Source of the DNA: Polyangiales bacterium
GTDB lineage: Bacteria; Myxococcota_A; Polyangia; Polyangiales; Ga0077539
Assembly: GCA_044229975.1 (NCBI GenBank)
Contig: JBGARZ010000020.1
Coordinates: 1 to 64,000 of the forward strand
DNA: 64,000 nt
Reading direction: 5' to 3'
The position numbers were made by a program, and so were the translations under genes. Below the pieces are notes generated by a model. It saw only the letters and a list, made by a program, of their open reading frames with translations. It did not search any database and was not told the origin of the DNA. Shown one piece after another: positions 17,696 through 28,024 of the stretch. The stretch's first letter is position 1, and every line of letters starts with the position of its first letter.

Positions 17696-18841
17696 TCAGC
17701 GGATGTTCGCCGAGATGGCCGCGAAGTTGGCGCGCAGGTGGTACGCGGGTGCGCCGCCGATCGTCGAGTCGGGCTGACGTACCCAGGAGCCCATCGCGAC
17801 GGTCGCACAGTCAGAGCCCGCGATGAGGTTGCAGAGGGTCGTGACGGTTCCGCCGATGTCGACGTTGACGAGCCGCGCGTTGGCTACGGACACGTCGGCG
17901 TCGACGGTGCCGTAGGGGCGGTCGGCGATGTCCTCGGTGAGCCAGCGGCTGGTGGTCTCGGTGTAGCGACTTCCCGAAGGGATGCCGAGGCCCACGCAGC
18001 CGCGGTCGGCGGTGAGCTGCGCGTCGACGATACGCGCGTTGTCGAGGGGCAGCTCGGTGAAGAGGGTGGTGCCGGTCGCGTTGGTGAAGATCGGGATGCG
18101 GATGGTCGTCGTCGCAGCGACCGTCGAGAAGCGGTCACCCGTGACGGAGAGGGTGCCCGCGATCGGGTCGTAGCGGTCGGGCGAGCGGCCGCCGGCGGTC
18201 GGGCCGTTGCCGTCGAAGAACGCGAACTGCCCGTCCATCAGCCCGATGCCCGTGGTGCCACGGACGATCGACGGGTGAAGGCCGCCCGTGCGGAAGGTGT
18301 TGCTGGTCGTGTCGAGTCGTATGCCCCAGAGGAAGGCGCCGCTGGCCAGCGTGGGGTTGATGATCGACCCGATCGCAGCGCTCGCCAGCGCCGTGGGCTG
18401 GATGACCCTGAGGTACGTGAGGCGATAGCCCGGGGTCGTCGCGCTGTTGGTGTAACGACCGGACGGGCAGACGTTGTCGTTGGTGCATTGGTAGTAGGGC
18501 ACCACGCCGCCGTCGGACGCGACCGGCGGCGCGCAGGTCGTCCCCGCGTCCGAGCACACGCACGGGCCAGGCGCCGACCCGTCGGCCAGACAGGTCTGGG
18601 TGCCCGACACGCCGCCATCGCACGCACAAGCCACGGTCGCCCCTGGCGTACAGAGCCGAACGAGGCCGGTGTCCAGGGTCGGGGCCGTGTCGGCGGACGC
18701 GGTGTCCGATGAGCCCGCGTCGGACCTCACGCTGTCGATCGTCGTCGCGTCCCGAACCGAGGCATCGACCTCCTCGACGAAGGGCGAATCGCCGTTGTTG
18801 CAGGCGGCGGCGACGAAGCAAAGAACGATGGCGACGCGCAT
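17696..18841 (-). CDS. Hypothetical lipoprotein with Cys-rich module
   Basis: Lipobox AAAC; Asp/Ser linker; CTPGATVACAC..C..CVC; beta-rich C-terminal domain. Confidence 0.75.
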   Translation of the reverse strand: MRVAIVLCFVAAACNNGDSPFVEEVDASVRDATTIDSVRSDAGSSDTASADTAPTLDTGLVRLCTPGATVACACDGGVSGTQTCLADGSAPGPCVCSDAGTTCAPPVASDGGVVPYYQCTNDNVCPSGRYTNSATTPGYRLTYLRVIQPTALASAAIGSIINPTLASGAFLWGIRLDTTSNTFRTGGLHPSIVRGTTGIGLMDGQFAFFDGNGPTAGGRSPDRYDPIAGTLSVTGDRFSTVAATTTIRIPIFTNATGTTLFTELPLDNARIVDAQLTADRGCVGLGIPSGSRYTETTSRWLTEDIADRPYGTVDADVSVANARLVNVDIGGTVTTLCNLIAGSDCATVAMGSWVRQPDSTIGGAPAYHLRANFAAISANIR

Positions 18842-18932
18842 GAGCGCAACGTACGTCGATCGCTCCGTGGGTGTCAGCGGTCGTTGGTCGCTCTGGCGTC
18901 GTCGCAGCCGTTCCCACTCGGTCTGCACGCCC

Positions 18933-21878
18933 CTACTGCCCCTGAAACATCCGCCGCAGCTCCATGCGCCGCTCGGGGTCGGCCGTCTCCCGGATGGCCA
19001 CCTCCAGCTCGCGCGCCGCGTCCGCCTGCGCGCCCAGCACGGCCAGCGCCTGGGCCCGCCGCAGGTGCAGCTCCGGCGCCGGCTGCCCCGCCGCCGTCGT
19101 GATGTCCAGCGCCTCGGTGTACCGCGTCCACGCCCGCGACCCGTCATGCCGCCGCCGCGCCAGATCGCCCAGCGCCACCAGCGCGCGAAACCGCTCCGAC
19201 ACATGCGGCCGCAGCGCCAGCGCCTCGGTGAGATCCACCTCCGCGCCACCGCGGTCTCTGCCCTGTCGCTTCAACGCCGCTCGTTGGATGTACAGCCGCG
19301 CCAATCGCGTTCGGTGCAGCACGTCGCCCGGCACCAGGCCCGCCGCCAGCTCGCCCTCGGTGATCGCCCGATCGAGGTGCCCCTCGCGCTCGTGCAACAC
19401 CATCGCCCGCTGGTGCGCTCCTGCCTCGCGCAGCGACTCGCTCTCGTCCAGCACCCGCAGCCACGTCCCGTTCGCCGACGCGTCCGCGACCAACCCCGCG
19501 AGCGGTAGATCGTGCACCCTCGCGAAGCGCGCGAAGACCTCCGCCGTCGCGTCGCGATACAGCAGCGACGGCGCGCGAAACTCCAGCACCAGGTCGCGCG
19601 CGGAGAGCACCTCGGCCCCGTCGCCCACCGCCGCCACGCCGCGCGGCCCCGCGAGAAAGCGCCCCATCCACGCCGCTCGCCCATCGATGCCCGCGCGCTC
19701 GGCTCTCGCCCTCGCCTCGGGCGCTTCGACCCGCGCGAAGAAGGCGTCGAGGTCCAGCTGGTAGGGCTCTCTCGCACCAACGAGCAGGTAGTCCTGACCC
19801 GCGCTCACCTCCACCAGCGCGCACCGCGGAAACACCCGTCTGAACGTCTCCACCACCGAAGCCACCGTCGCCCCGTCGGTGCTGTACGCGTGAAACCACG
19901 CGCCCATCACACCGCCCGCCCGAAGCCTCCCCCGCGCCGCCGTGAAGAACTCCTCCGTGAAGAGCTCGCTCATCCCCGCGACCCACGGGTTGGACGGCTG
20001 GCTCACGATGACGTCGTAGGTCTCCGCGCTCCCTCGCAGCCACTGCGCCGCATCCGCCGCTCGCGCTCGTACCCGCGGGTCGTGCAGCACCCGCCCGTTG
20101 GCCCGCGCGAACTCCACCCGCGCCGCGTCGACCACCTCGGGCAGCAGCTCCAGCACCGTCACCGCGCGCACGCCCGGCACGCTGCGCACCGCGTCCGCCG
20201 TCATGCCGCCGCCGAGCCCCACCACCAGCGCCGTCCCCGTCGCGCGCGCCATCGCGGTCGGAACCAACCCCACCACCGTCTGCGTCGTCGCGTCGCCCTC
20301 GCTCGTCGCGTCGACCTTGCCGTCGATCTGCAACAACACCCCGCCCGTGTCGTCGGTTCGCACCGCCACCGTGGCCTCGCGCCCGTCGCGCCGCCACCGA
20401 ACACGCCCCAGCTCCAGCCCGTCGGCGCCCGCGTACAGAAAGGGCCCCGTCAGCAGCGCGCCCGGGTGCGCCCGCGCGTCGCGCAGCGTCACCACCAGGC
20501 CCACCACCGTCACCGCCGCCCACGCGAGGTCGCGCCACCACACGCGTCGCGTCACCACCACTCCCGCGACCAGCATCGCGATCGCTGAGAGCGCGAGCGT
20601 CCCTTCGAGTCGCAGCAGCGGGAGCGCTCCGAAGGACACCGCCCACGCGCCGACGCCGTTGCCTACGCTCGTCGCGAGCAGCACCGCGCCATTGGCCTGC
20701 GCGGGCGTCGCGCCCTCGTGCTCGATCGCGCGCGCCCCCTGCGCCAGCGCCGCGCCCACGAAGACCACCAGCGGAACCGTCGCCGCCAGCACGCACCCCA
20801 TCGCCGCCGACCAGAGCGTGAGCGTCGACGGCGCCCCGCCCGACAGCAGCCGCATGGACATGCGCGGCAGCGCGAGCGCCACCGGCAGCGCCGCCATCGC
20901 CCCGACGGCACCCCAACGGCACAGCGTCGACAGCGCCGTGCGCGCGCTGGCCTCTGGATGCCGCTTCATCCACAGCGCCGTGAGCGACTCCCCGAGCGCG
21001 AGCGAGAGAACGTGCGCCGCGAGCGCGACCGTGAGCGCGAAGGCGCTCGGCCCGAACGCGAGAATACCCACGCGGGTGAGCGTGAGCTGCCACGCCGTCG
21101 AAGCGACGCCGACGAGGACGAGCGACGCGCCCACCCCGCCGCTCCAAGCACCCACGTTCCCAGTGACGGCCTTACCCGGAGGGACGCGCCCGCCCACCTC
21201 GCGGTCGTCCTCTCTCGCCTTTCCGCTCCACGCGACCGCCGCCACCACGGCATAGACCAGCCCCGCCATCCGAACGGTCCACGACACGCCCACCATCGGC
21301 GCCAACACAAACGTCCCCACCGACGCCGCCGCGGCCGCGCCCAGCGAGTTCGCCGCGCCCACCCAGGCCGTCCCCAGTCCGTCGCGCCAGCCGCCCGCCA
21401 TCACCAGCGCCGGAAACGCGCTCCCCGCCAGCGCGCCCGGGACCACCGTCGCCGCGACGCCCACCAGCGCGCGCAACCCATTGCCCAGCGCGGGCGCCAC
21501 CGCATCTGCGCCCACCAGCAGCCGCGCGATGGGCGCCGCCAAGGCCGGAACCACCGTCGGCGCCACGATCGCAAACACCGCCAGCGCCACGTGCGACAGC
21601 ACCAGCAACCGCCGCGGCGACATCCCCGGTCGCGCCAGTCGTCGACCCGCGAGGTGCGCGCCGAGCCCGAGGCCCAGCAGCACGCCCGACACCGCCGCCG
21701 TCTGCGCGAGCGAGGTGCTGCCGAGCATCGAACGCAGCAGCCGCGCGCCCATCACCTCGGCGGAGAGCGTCGCGCCACCAGAGAGCAGCGCGCACAACGA
21801 CCACCGCCACGAGAGCCTCCATCGACGCATCGGCGGTGGGGCAACGACGGGGGGCGGGGGTTGTTCCCGGCGGGGCAT
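18933..21878 (-). CDS. Fused MFS-like/spermidine synthase-like membrane protein with C-terminal TPR-like region
   Basis: About 13 TM segments, then LQIDGKVDA, VVGLGGGMT, LELLPEV, YDVIVSQPSNPW, LFTEEFF. Confidence 0.85.
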   Translation of the reverse strand: MPRREQPPPPVVAPPPMRRWRLSWRWSLCALLSGGATLSAEVMGARLLRSMLGSTSLAQTAAVSGVLLGLGLGAHLAGRRLARPGMSPRRLLVLSHVALAVFAIVAPTVVPALAAPIARLLVGADAVAPALGNGLRALVGVAATVVPGALAGSAFPALVMAGGWRDGLGTAWVGAANSLGAAAAASVGTFVLAPMVGVSWTVRMAGLVYAVVAAVAWSGKAREDDREVGGRVPPGKAVTGNVGAWSGGVGASLVLVGVASTAWQLTLTRVGILAFGPSAFALTVALAAHVLSLALGESLTALWMKRHPEASARTALSTLCRWGAVGAMAALPVALALPRMSMRLLSGGAPSTLTLWSAAMGCVLAATVPLVVFVGAALAQGARAIEHEGATPAQANGAVLLATSVGNGVGAWAVSFGALPLLRLEGTLALSAIAMLVAGVVVTRRVWWRDLAWAAVTVVGLVVTLRDARAHPGALLTGPFLYAGADGLELGRVRWRRDGREATVAVRTDDTGGVLLQIDGKVDATSEGDATTQTVVGLVPTAMARATGTALVVGLGGGMTADAVRSVPGVRAVTVLELLPEVVDAARVEFARANGRVLHDPRVRARAADAAQWLRGSAETYDVIVSQPSNPWVAGMSELFTEEFFTAARGRLRAGGVMGAWFHAYSTDGATVASVVETFRRVFPRCALVEVSAGQDYLLVGAREPYQLDLDAFFARVEAPEARARAERAGIDGRAAWMGRFLAGPRGVAAVGDGAEVLSARDLVLEFRAPSLLYRDATAEVFARFARVHDLPLAGLVADASANGTWLRVLDESESLREAGAHQRAMVLHEREGHLDRAITEGELAAGLVPGDVLHRTRLARLYIQRAALKRQGRDRGGAEVDLTEALALRPHVSERFRALVALGDLARRRHDGSRAWTRYTEALDITTAAGQPAPELHLRRAQALAVLGAQADAARELEVAIRETADPERRMELRRMFQGQ

Positions 21879-22559
21879 CTACGGAGACGGCGGGTCGTCG
21901 AAGGCGCGGGTGAGGGCGCGCGCGACGGGGTCGTCGGGTCGCGTCGACGGGAGCACCCGCTCGTTGGCCCGCAGTGACGTGAGCAGCCCCTCGACGTTGG
22001 GCGTGAGCAACGCCAGCAGCTCGGGGCGCTCGCGCGCAAGAACGGTGAGCTGCGCGAGCGCGGCGAGGAGGTTCTCCTGGCGGCGGGTCTCGTTGAGGTG
22101 GTGCAGCAGCAGCACCAGCACCGCGAGGCCCAGCGCACCGCCGACGATCACCAGCAGCAGCCGCGGCAGAGCGTCGTCGAAGGCCAGGCGAAACGCCAGC
22201 AACACACCCAGCAGCACCAACAGCGCGCGCAGCACGAGGCGCCACGAGCCCTCCTGCCGCAGGTGACGCAGCGCCTCGGCGCGGAGCGTCTCCAGCGAAG
22301 CACCGGCCGACGCGATGAGCGGCGCGTCGAGCGCGGTGAGCCCATCGGCCTCGGGGCCCGGCGTCACCGTTGGCGGACGCGTGAGCAGCGACGGGCGCAG
22401 GTCGCTCGGCGGGGCGGGGAGTTCGAGCAGCACCTCGGTGGGCGCGACCGTGTCCGTGGCGGACGCGGGCTCCGGCGCGGTGGTGGGCGCGGGCTCGTCG
22501 GGCGGCGGAATGCGGTCGGCGGGAGCGGCGTCGTCCACGGCGGCGTCGGACGCTATCAC
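21879..22559 (-). CDS. Hypothetical membrane protein (Pro-rich N-terminus, two TM helices)
   Basis: Its stop abuts the ATG of the downstream gene; GTG start chosen to avoid overlap with the divergent regulator. Confidence 0.55.
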   Translation of the reverse strand: MIASDAAVDDAAPADRIPPPDEPAPTTAPEPASATDTVAPTEVLLELPAPPSDLRPSLLTRPPTVTPGPEADGLTALDAPLIASAGASLETLRAEALRHLRQEGSWRLVLRALLVLLGVLLAFRLAFDDALPRLLLVIVGGALGLAVLVLLLHHLNETRRQENLLAALAQLTVLARERPELLALLTPNVEGLLTSLRANERVLPSTRPDDPVARALTRAFDDPPSP

Positions 22560-22590
22560 GGCGCGGACGGGGGTGTATCGTGGCGCGACG

Positions 22591-24003
22591 ATGGCGCGAG
22601 CGACGGTGCTTCTGGTCGACGATGAGCCCAACATCCTGCGCACGCTGCGCACGTCGCTGGAGCTCGAGAGCTTCGCCGTGGAGACGGCGAGCGACGGCGT
22701 CGCGGCGCTGGAGAAGCTGCGCACGCGGGCCATTCACGTGACGGTGCTCGACCTCCAGCTCCCGAAGCTCAACGGGCTGGAGGTGCTGCGGCGCGCCATC
22801 GCCGAGGGCATCGAGACGCCCACCATCATGATGAGCGGGCACGCGTCGGTGGACACCGCGGTGCAGGCGATCCAGCTCGGGGCGCGCACCTTCCTGGAGA
22901 AGCCGTTTTCCCCGGAGAAGCTGGTGCTCGACATCCGGCAGACGCTGGAGGTGGTTCAGTTGAAGGGGCACGTCGCGGTGCTCCAGGAGGCCATCGGTCC
23001 GTCGCGCGGATTGCTCGGCGATGGGCCTTCGATGCGCGAGCTCAAGCGGCTGGTGGCGAGGGCGGCGTCGGCGTCGGCGTCGGTGCTCATCACCGGCGAG
23101 CGCGGCACCGGCAAGGAGCTCGTCGCGCGTGCCATCCACGAAGGCTCCAAGCGCGCCAAGAACGACATGGAGAAGCTCAACTGCGCCGCCGTCCCGCAGG
23201 AGCTCATCGAGAGCGAGCTCTTCGGCCATGAAGCCGGGGCGTTTACGGGCGCGGTGAAGATGCGCAAGGGCCGCTTCGAGCGCGCGCAGAACTCGACGCT
23301 CTTCCTCGACGAGGTGGGCGACATGCCCGCGGCCATGCAGGCGAAGCTGTTGCGCGTGTTGCAGGAGGGCGAGGTCGAGCGCGTCGGCGGGTCGCAGACC
23401 ATCAAGGTCGACGTGCGTGTGGTGGCCGCGACCAACCGCGATCTCGTCGCCGACGCGGCGGGCGGTCGCTTCCGCGCCGACCTCTACGATCGGCTCAACG
23501 TGGTGCCCATCAGGGTTCCGCCGTTGAGGGAGCGCAAGGAGGACATTGTGGTGCTGGTGGAGAGCTTCCTGCCGGCGTCGTGCGAGGCCAACGACCGCGC
23601 GCGCAAGCGGCTCACCCAGGGCGCGCTCAACCTGATGTTGAAGTACCGCTTCCCCGGCAACGTGCGCGAGCTCAAGAACCTCATCGACCGCCTCGTCATC
23701 GTCACCGAGCGCGAGGTCATCGACGAGGATGACGTTCGCGAGGCGCTGCCGCCGGGCAGCGTAGAGGGCGCGACGGGCGGAGCGGGCGGACGCGACGGCG
23801 TCTACACGCCAGGAACGCCCTTGAAGGACATGCTCGACGCGTCGGAGCGCGACCTCATCATGCGCTCGCTCGAACACCACAAGGGCAACGCGACGCACGC
23901 CGCGCGCGACCTCGGCCTGGAGCGCAGCCACTTCTACAAGAAGATGCGCGCGCTCGGCATCCGGCGACCGGGCGCGGCGGACGACGAGGAGGAGCAGGCG
24001 TGA
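22591..24003 (+). CDS. Sigma54-dependent response regulator (NtrC/NtrX family)
   Basis: Receiver LLVDDE..LDLQLP; AAA+ GERGTGKE, ESELFGHEAGAFTGA, LFLDEVGD; C-terminal Fis-type HTH. Confidence 0.96.
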   Translation: MARATVLLVDDEPNILRTLRTSLELESFAVETASDGVAALEKLRTRAIHVTVLDLQLPKLNGLEVLRRAIAEGIETPTIMMSGHASVDTAVQAIQLGARTFLEKPFSPEKLVLDIRQTLEVVQLKGHVAVLQEAIGPSRGLLGDGPSMRELKRLVARAASASASVLITGERGTGKELVARAIHEGSKRAKNDMEKLNCAAVPQELIESELFGHEAGAFTGAVKMRKGRFERAQNSTLFLDEVGDMPAAMQAKLLRVLQEGEVERVGGSQTIKVDVRVVAATNRDLVADAAGGRFRADLYDRLNVVPIRVPPLRERKEDIVVLVESFLPASCEANDRARKRLTQGALNLMLKYRFPGNVRELKNLIDRLVIVTEREVIDEDDVREALPPGSVEGATGGAGGRDGVYTPGTPLKDMLDASERDLIMRSLEHHKGNATHAARDLGLERSHFYKKMRALGIRRPGAADDEEEQA

Positions 24004-24881
24004 TGCGACGAGCGCTGGCGGCGATGGTGGTGCTCGTGGGCTGCGGCGGCGACGAGACGGCGACGCCCGGCGTGGGTGCGGGCTACGCGCTGACGGAGCG
24101 GCCGCCGATCCCCGAGCGGGTGGCGTCTGGCGAGTCGGTGCGGGCGATCGTGGTGGCGCGCGAGGAGCGCGTCGGGGCGTCGCGGGACGGCACGCGCTGC
24201 TCGCTGTCGACGGTTCTCTTCGAGGCGACGTCGACGGAGACGGTGACGCCCGCGGGCATCGACTCCGAGGCCGACTGCCGCTTCTACGCGAGCGCGCCGG
24301 AGGTGGTCTTCCAGCGCATGCGGTGGACCTGCGCGGGCGCCATCGAGGTGAGCGCGGGGCCGCTCACGCAGAACGTCGGGCTGTGTCCCGCGGCGGGCGC
24401 GACGGTTCGCTACGAGACCGAGCTCACCTCGTGCGGAACGCTCGCCAGCGACCGTCGCGCGACGGTGACCAGCGTGGACGACGGCATCATGGGCGACGTG
24501 GTGACCGACCTGTCGGCCGAGGCGCGGCTGCCGACTGCGGTGGCGATCACGGCGCCGACGACGCTAGCCGTGACGACGTGGCCCGCGTCGGGCGACCTCG
24601 ACGTGCAGTGGACGAGCGCCGACGCGACGAGCGCGCTGGTGCGCATCGAGCCCGAAGGATCGACGAACCCGGCGAACACGCCGACGATCATCTGCGTGGC
24701 GCGGACTGCTGGGCGGGTGAGGGTTCCGCAGGCGCTCATCGCGCAGGCCAACTTCCGGACGATGGACGCGCGGGTGCGGGTGTGGAGCTACCGCGACACG
24801 ACGGTGCGCGCGGAGAACGGCAAAGCGTACCGGGTGAGCGGCGCGACGGCGTCGAGCGTGGTGTTGCAGCAGCGGCGATAG
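24003..24881 (+). CDS. Hypothetical lipoprotein
   Basis: Lipobox LVGC; overlaps the stop of the regulator; DLDVQW..IICVA pattern. Confidence 0.75.
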   Translation: MRRALAAMVVLVGCGGDETATPGVGAGYALTERPPIPERVASGESVRAIVVAREERVGASRDGTRCSLSTVLFEATSTETVTPAGIDSEADCRFYASAPEVVFQRMRWTCAGAIEVSAGPLTQNVGLCPAAGATVRYETELTSCGTLASDRRATVTSVDDGIMGDVVTDLSAEARLPTAVAITAPTTLAVTTWPASGDLDVQWTSADATSALVRIEPEGSTNPANTPTIICVARTAGRVRVPQALIAQANFRTMDARVRVWSYRDTTVRAENGKAYRVSGATASSVVLQQRR

Positions 24882-24946
24882 CGACGATGCAGACCCCGGT
24901 GCTTCAACATCGGCAACGACGTCTACCGTTCGACCACGGAGCTCGA

Positions 24947-25915
24947 TCAGTGTCGGTGGTGGCGGCCGTGATGGGAGCGACCGTGACGCCGGTGGTGGCC
25001 GTGGCGTTCCTCCGTGTCGGTAGGGTCGGCGGGAGGAGCTTCCTGCAACGCGGAGGGCTGCGCGACCGCGTTGGTTGGCTCTGCTGAGGGTGGGGCCTCG
25101 GCAGGGGGTGTAGCTGGTGGCGGCGGCTCCTCGGCGCCCACCGACGGAGGCGCCTGGACCGGCGCGTTCGACTCCGCGCGGGGGACCTCTCGCGGCGCAG
25201 CCACGGCGACGACGATCGCGCCGACGACGGATGAGGCGAGGCCCACCGCGAAGCCGACGAAGCGCGTGTTGCGGAGAGGCGAACGGGCCGAGTCGAGCGT
25301 CCCCGGAAGCTGCACGTCCCCGAGCGCGCCCACCGCCGCGGACATCGTCGAACGCGCGCGAGCACGGGTGGTGGCCCTCTCGCGGAGGGCCATCACCTCG
25401 ATGGCGCGGAGCAGCTCTCCCGCGTCGGCGAGGTCGCCCATTCCCCCCGGGACGGAGACCTGGATGTTGCTCCGTTCGCGCAGCGGGTTCGGGAGGCGCG
25501 AGCCGGGGATCGTCGGGCGGACCGCGTCACCGAACACGCGCAACGACACGCGGCGCGACATGAGGTAGGCCGTCACGGCGCTGACGACGAGGCCGATCTC
25601 CCAGGCGAGCCACCGCGCGTAGTCGTGGGCGCCGCGCACGGTCCCGAAGACCTCGTCGGCGTTCACCCCGGGGACGGGGCGATGCGCCAGATCCCACATG
25701 ACCTTGAGGAAGACCACCGCGGCGGTGACCAGCAGCCAGGGGTAGTGCACGCGTTGGAGCGAGACCCCGCGGACCTCCGAGAGCAGGAGGGAGCGTCGAC
25801 TCTGGTGGAGGCGTGTCTCGCGGGTGAGCACGACGCAGCCGCGCTCCACCGAGAGGACGGCCGCGGCTTCCCCCCCGAGGCCGCGCAGCACCCACCGCGG
25901 CTCGGCCCCGTTCAC
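24947..25915 (-). CDS. Hypothetical membrane protein, paralog of upstream gene, with His/Arg-rich tail
   Basis: GTGA overlap; three hydrophobic segments; HYPWLLV motif; ends HGHHRRHGRSHHGRHHRH. Confidence 0.6.
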   Translation of the reverse strand: MNGAEPRWVLRGLGGEAAAVLSVERGCVVLTRETRLHQSRRSLLLSEVRGVSLQRVHYPWLLVTAAVVFLKVMWDLAHRPVPGVNADEVFGTVRGAHDYARWLAWEIGLVVSAVTAYLMSRRVSLRVFGDAVRPTIPGSRLPNPLRERSNIQVSVPGGMGDLADAGELLRAIEVMALRERATTRARARSTMSAAVGALGDVQLPGTLDSARSPLRNTRFVGFAVGLASSVVGAIVVAVAAPREVPRAESNAPVQAPPSVGAEEPPPPATPPAEAPPSAEPTNAVAQPSALQEAPPADPTDTEERHGHHRRHGRSHHGRHHRH

Positions 25916-26379
25916 GCGCGGGCCCGGGCCTGGATCGCGGCCTGCTCGACCTGCGACACGAACTGTTGTGCCTGCTGGTGTGCGCCGCCGGGCACGCGCG
26001 CCGTGATGAGCCCGTTGCCCGAGCCGATGTGGAGCAACACCCAGCGGGTGAGGAAGTAGCCGATGACGAGCAGCAGGGCGACGAAGAGGCACAGCCCCGT
26101 CGGAGCGGCGCTCGCCTCCTCAGACTTCAGCATCAGCAGGAGGATGCCGATCAGCGCGAAGAGGGCCGCCAGCACCAGGAACAAGGGGTAATGCGCGCGG
26201 TGCAGCTCGCACCACTGGACCTCATCGAGCGGCGCGGAGGTCATCGAGTAGGCGCCCGCGCCCCGCAGCTCCATCCACACCCGCAGGTTGGTGAGCACGA
26301 TCTGCGTGCGGACGTTCGCCCGCGTGTACTCCCACTGGTTGATCACCCCTTCGCCAGGGAACGGCATACGGCTGTCCAT
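25912..26379 (-). CDS. Hypothetical two-TM membrane protein (PH-like fold possible)
   Basis: AGGAG RBS; GE..IVLTNLRV..PLDEV..HYPLFLV; two TM helices. Confidence 0.75.
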   Translation of the reverse strand: MDSRMPFPGEGVINQWEYTRANVRTQIVLTNLRVWMELRGAGAYSMTSAPLDEVQWCELHRAHYPLFLVLAALFALIGILLLMLKSEEASAAPTGLCLFVALLLVIGYFLTRWVLLHIGSGNGLITARVPGGAHQQAQQFVSQVEQAAIQARARA

Positions 26380-26628
26380 CGCGCACTCCTTCGGAGGTCG
26401 ACGCCCGGCGACCCTTCCGGTCCGCTGGCTACCTCACTCCCGCGGTTGTCGTCGAGCTTTCGGACGCGTCACTCGATCACGATCGCGTCGAGCTCGAAGG
26501 ATTCAAACACTGGCGGCGGTGGACCGGGCGCCCGCATGTAGCCGCGGTCGGTGATCGACAGACACCACAACACCGCCTCAGGTGAGCTGACGACGCGACG
26601 GCCGGTGTACGTTCTCCGCTCATCGCCC

Positions 26629-27867
26629 ATGGTGTTGTCACGACCGCTCGTCTGGATCAGTCCGCTCGTCCTCGTCGCGGGTTGCGCCTCCACCGTCGGA
26701 GCGAACTCCGCGACCTCCGACGCTGCCGTCGCAGCCGACGTGTCCGCGGGCGGCATGGATGTGCCTGTGCCCGTCGACGCGGGCAGCGACGTCCCGCCCG
26801 AGGCGCGCGTCTGTCCCTCGATCGTCGAGCGCGACATTCCCCCCGTCGATGTGCCCGCGACGAGCGAGCCCTTCGTCGTCGACCTCGCGCTTGGCCTCCT
26901 CCACCAGTGCGCGCGCATGAGCGACGACACCGTGCGCTGTCGCGGCAACAACGCGTACGGCGCGCTCGGACGCGGAACCGTCACCTGGCGCGAGCTCGAC
27001 GCGGCCTCCGTCCCCGGACTCACCGGCGTCGCGCAGGTGGTGACGCTCCCCACCGGCGCGACCTGCTCCCGCCACCGCGACGGCACCGTGCGCTGCTGGG
27101 GCACCAACCGTTACGGCGAGCTGGGCACCGGCCCCGACGGCGACACGGCCTTGTGCGACACGCTGGGGCTCTGCCGACCGAGCCCCACCCGCGTGCCCGG
27201 TCTCTCGGACGTGGTGCAGCTCGCCACCAGCCTCGGCACCATCTGCGCCGTGCGTCGCGACGGATCTGTCTGGTGTTGGGGAGGCCGCGATGCGTTTCTT
27301 CCTGACGGCAGCGCAACGCCAGTGCGCGCGGCGGCGATCGCAGATGTCGCGCGCCTCTGGCGCCTCTCGGGAGGATGGATCACGCGCTCCGTCTCCGGGC
27401 AGTACCGCTCGTACAGCATCGGACCGCAGGGGCGCTTGACCGTCGACGTGCCGCGCGAGGCCGAGATCGAGTACAGCGACGGGGCCGCGTCCCCGTGGCA
27501 CCTCTGCTACCGCCTGCCCGATGGATCGGTTCGTTGCCTCGGGCAGAACGATCGCGGCCAGCTCGGTATCGGGTCGACGACGTCCGAGCGTGTCTTCGCC
27601 ACGGAGCTCGTCGATCCTGGGTTGTGCGGCGTGCGCTCGATCACCATCGGCGTGACGAGCGTGTGCGCCCTCATGGCGGACGACACGGCGCAGTGCTGGG
27701 GCGACGACGTGACGCGCCCCACGCCCGTCGCCGGGCTCGACGACGTGACGGCGCTCTTCCCCGGCTACCAGGGGAAGTGCGCGCTGCGCCGTGATCGCAG
27801 CGTGTGGTGCTGGGGGCGGTGGAGCCCGTACGTCGAGTCCCCGGTGCTCGCACGCGTCGAGTGGTAG
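26629..27867 (+). CDS. RCC1/BLIP-II repeat lipoprotein
   Basis: Lipobox VAGC; repeated C....DG(T/S)V.CWG.N..G.LG units. Confidence 0.88.
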   Translation: MVLSRPLVWISPLVLVAGCASTVGANSATSDAAVAADVSAGGMDVPVPVDAGSDVPPEARVCPSIVERDIPPVDVPATSEPFVVDLALGLLHQCARMSDDTVRCRGNNAYGALGRGTVTWRELDAASVPGLTGVAQVVTLPTGATCSRHRDGTVRCWGTNRYGELGTGPDGDTALCDTLGLCRPSPTRVPGLSDVVQLATSLGTICAVRRDGSVWCWGGRDAFLPDGSATPVRAAAIADVARLWRLSGGWITRSVSGQYRSYSIGPQGRLTVDVPREAEIEYSDGAASPWHLCYRLPDGSVRCLGQNDRGQLGIGSTTSERVFATELVDPGLCGVRSITIGVTSVCALMADDTAQCWGDDVTRPTPVAGLDDVTALFPGYQGKCALRRDRSVWCWGRWSPYVESPVLARVEW

Positions 27868-28024
27868 CGGGGGAGCCGTCATCACCCTCACGGAGCGGAT
27901 GGAGATCAACCGCCCCGACGGGAGTGCGTGACGCGAAGTCGGGTTCGGGGTGAATCTCCCAGCGTGCGCGGCAACGAAGCTCCCGCGCGTGGACGCGCTG
28001 CGGTGGCCGATCGGGCCGTCGACG

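Noticed and set aside
21172..23931. Long antisense ORFs (also 4556..6688, 45054..46859, 46959..48905, 59958..62453 and others)
   Set aside because: Shadow frames of well-supported genes in a high-GC genome; Arg/Ala/Gly-rich with no motifs.
26469..26537. 22-codon ORF MRAPGPPPPVFESFELDAIVIE as a leader or precursor peptide
   Set aside because: No RBS, no modifying enzymes nearby; cannot be distinguished from chance.
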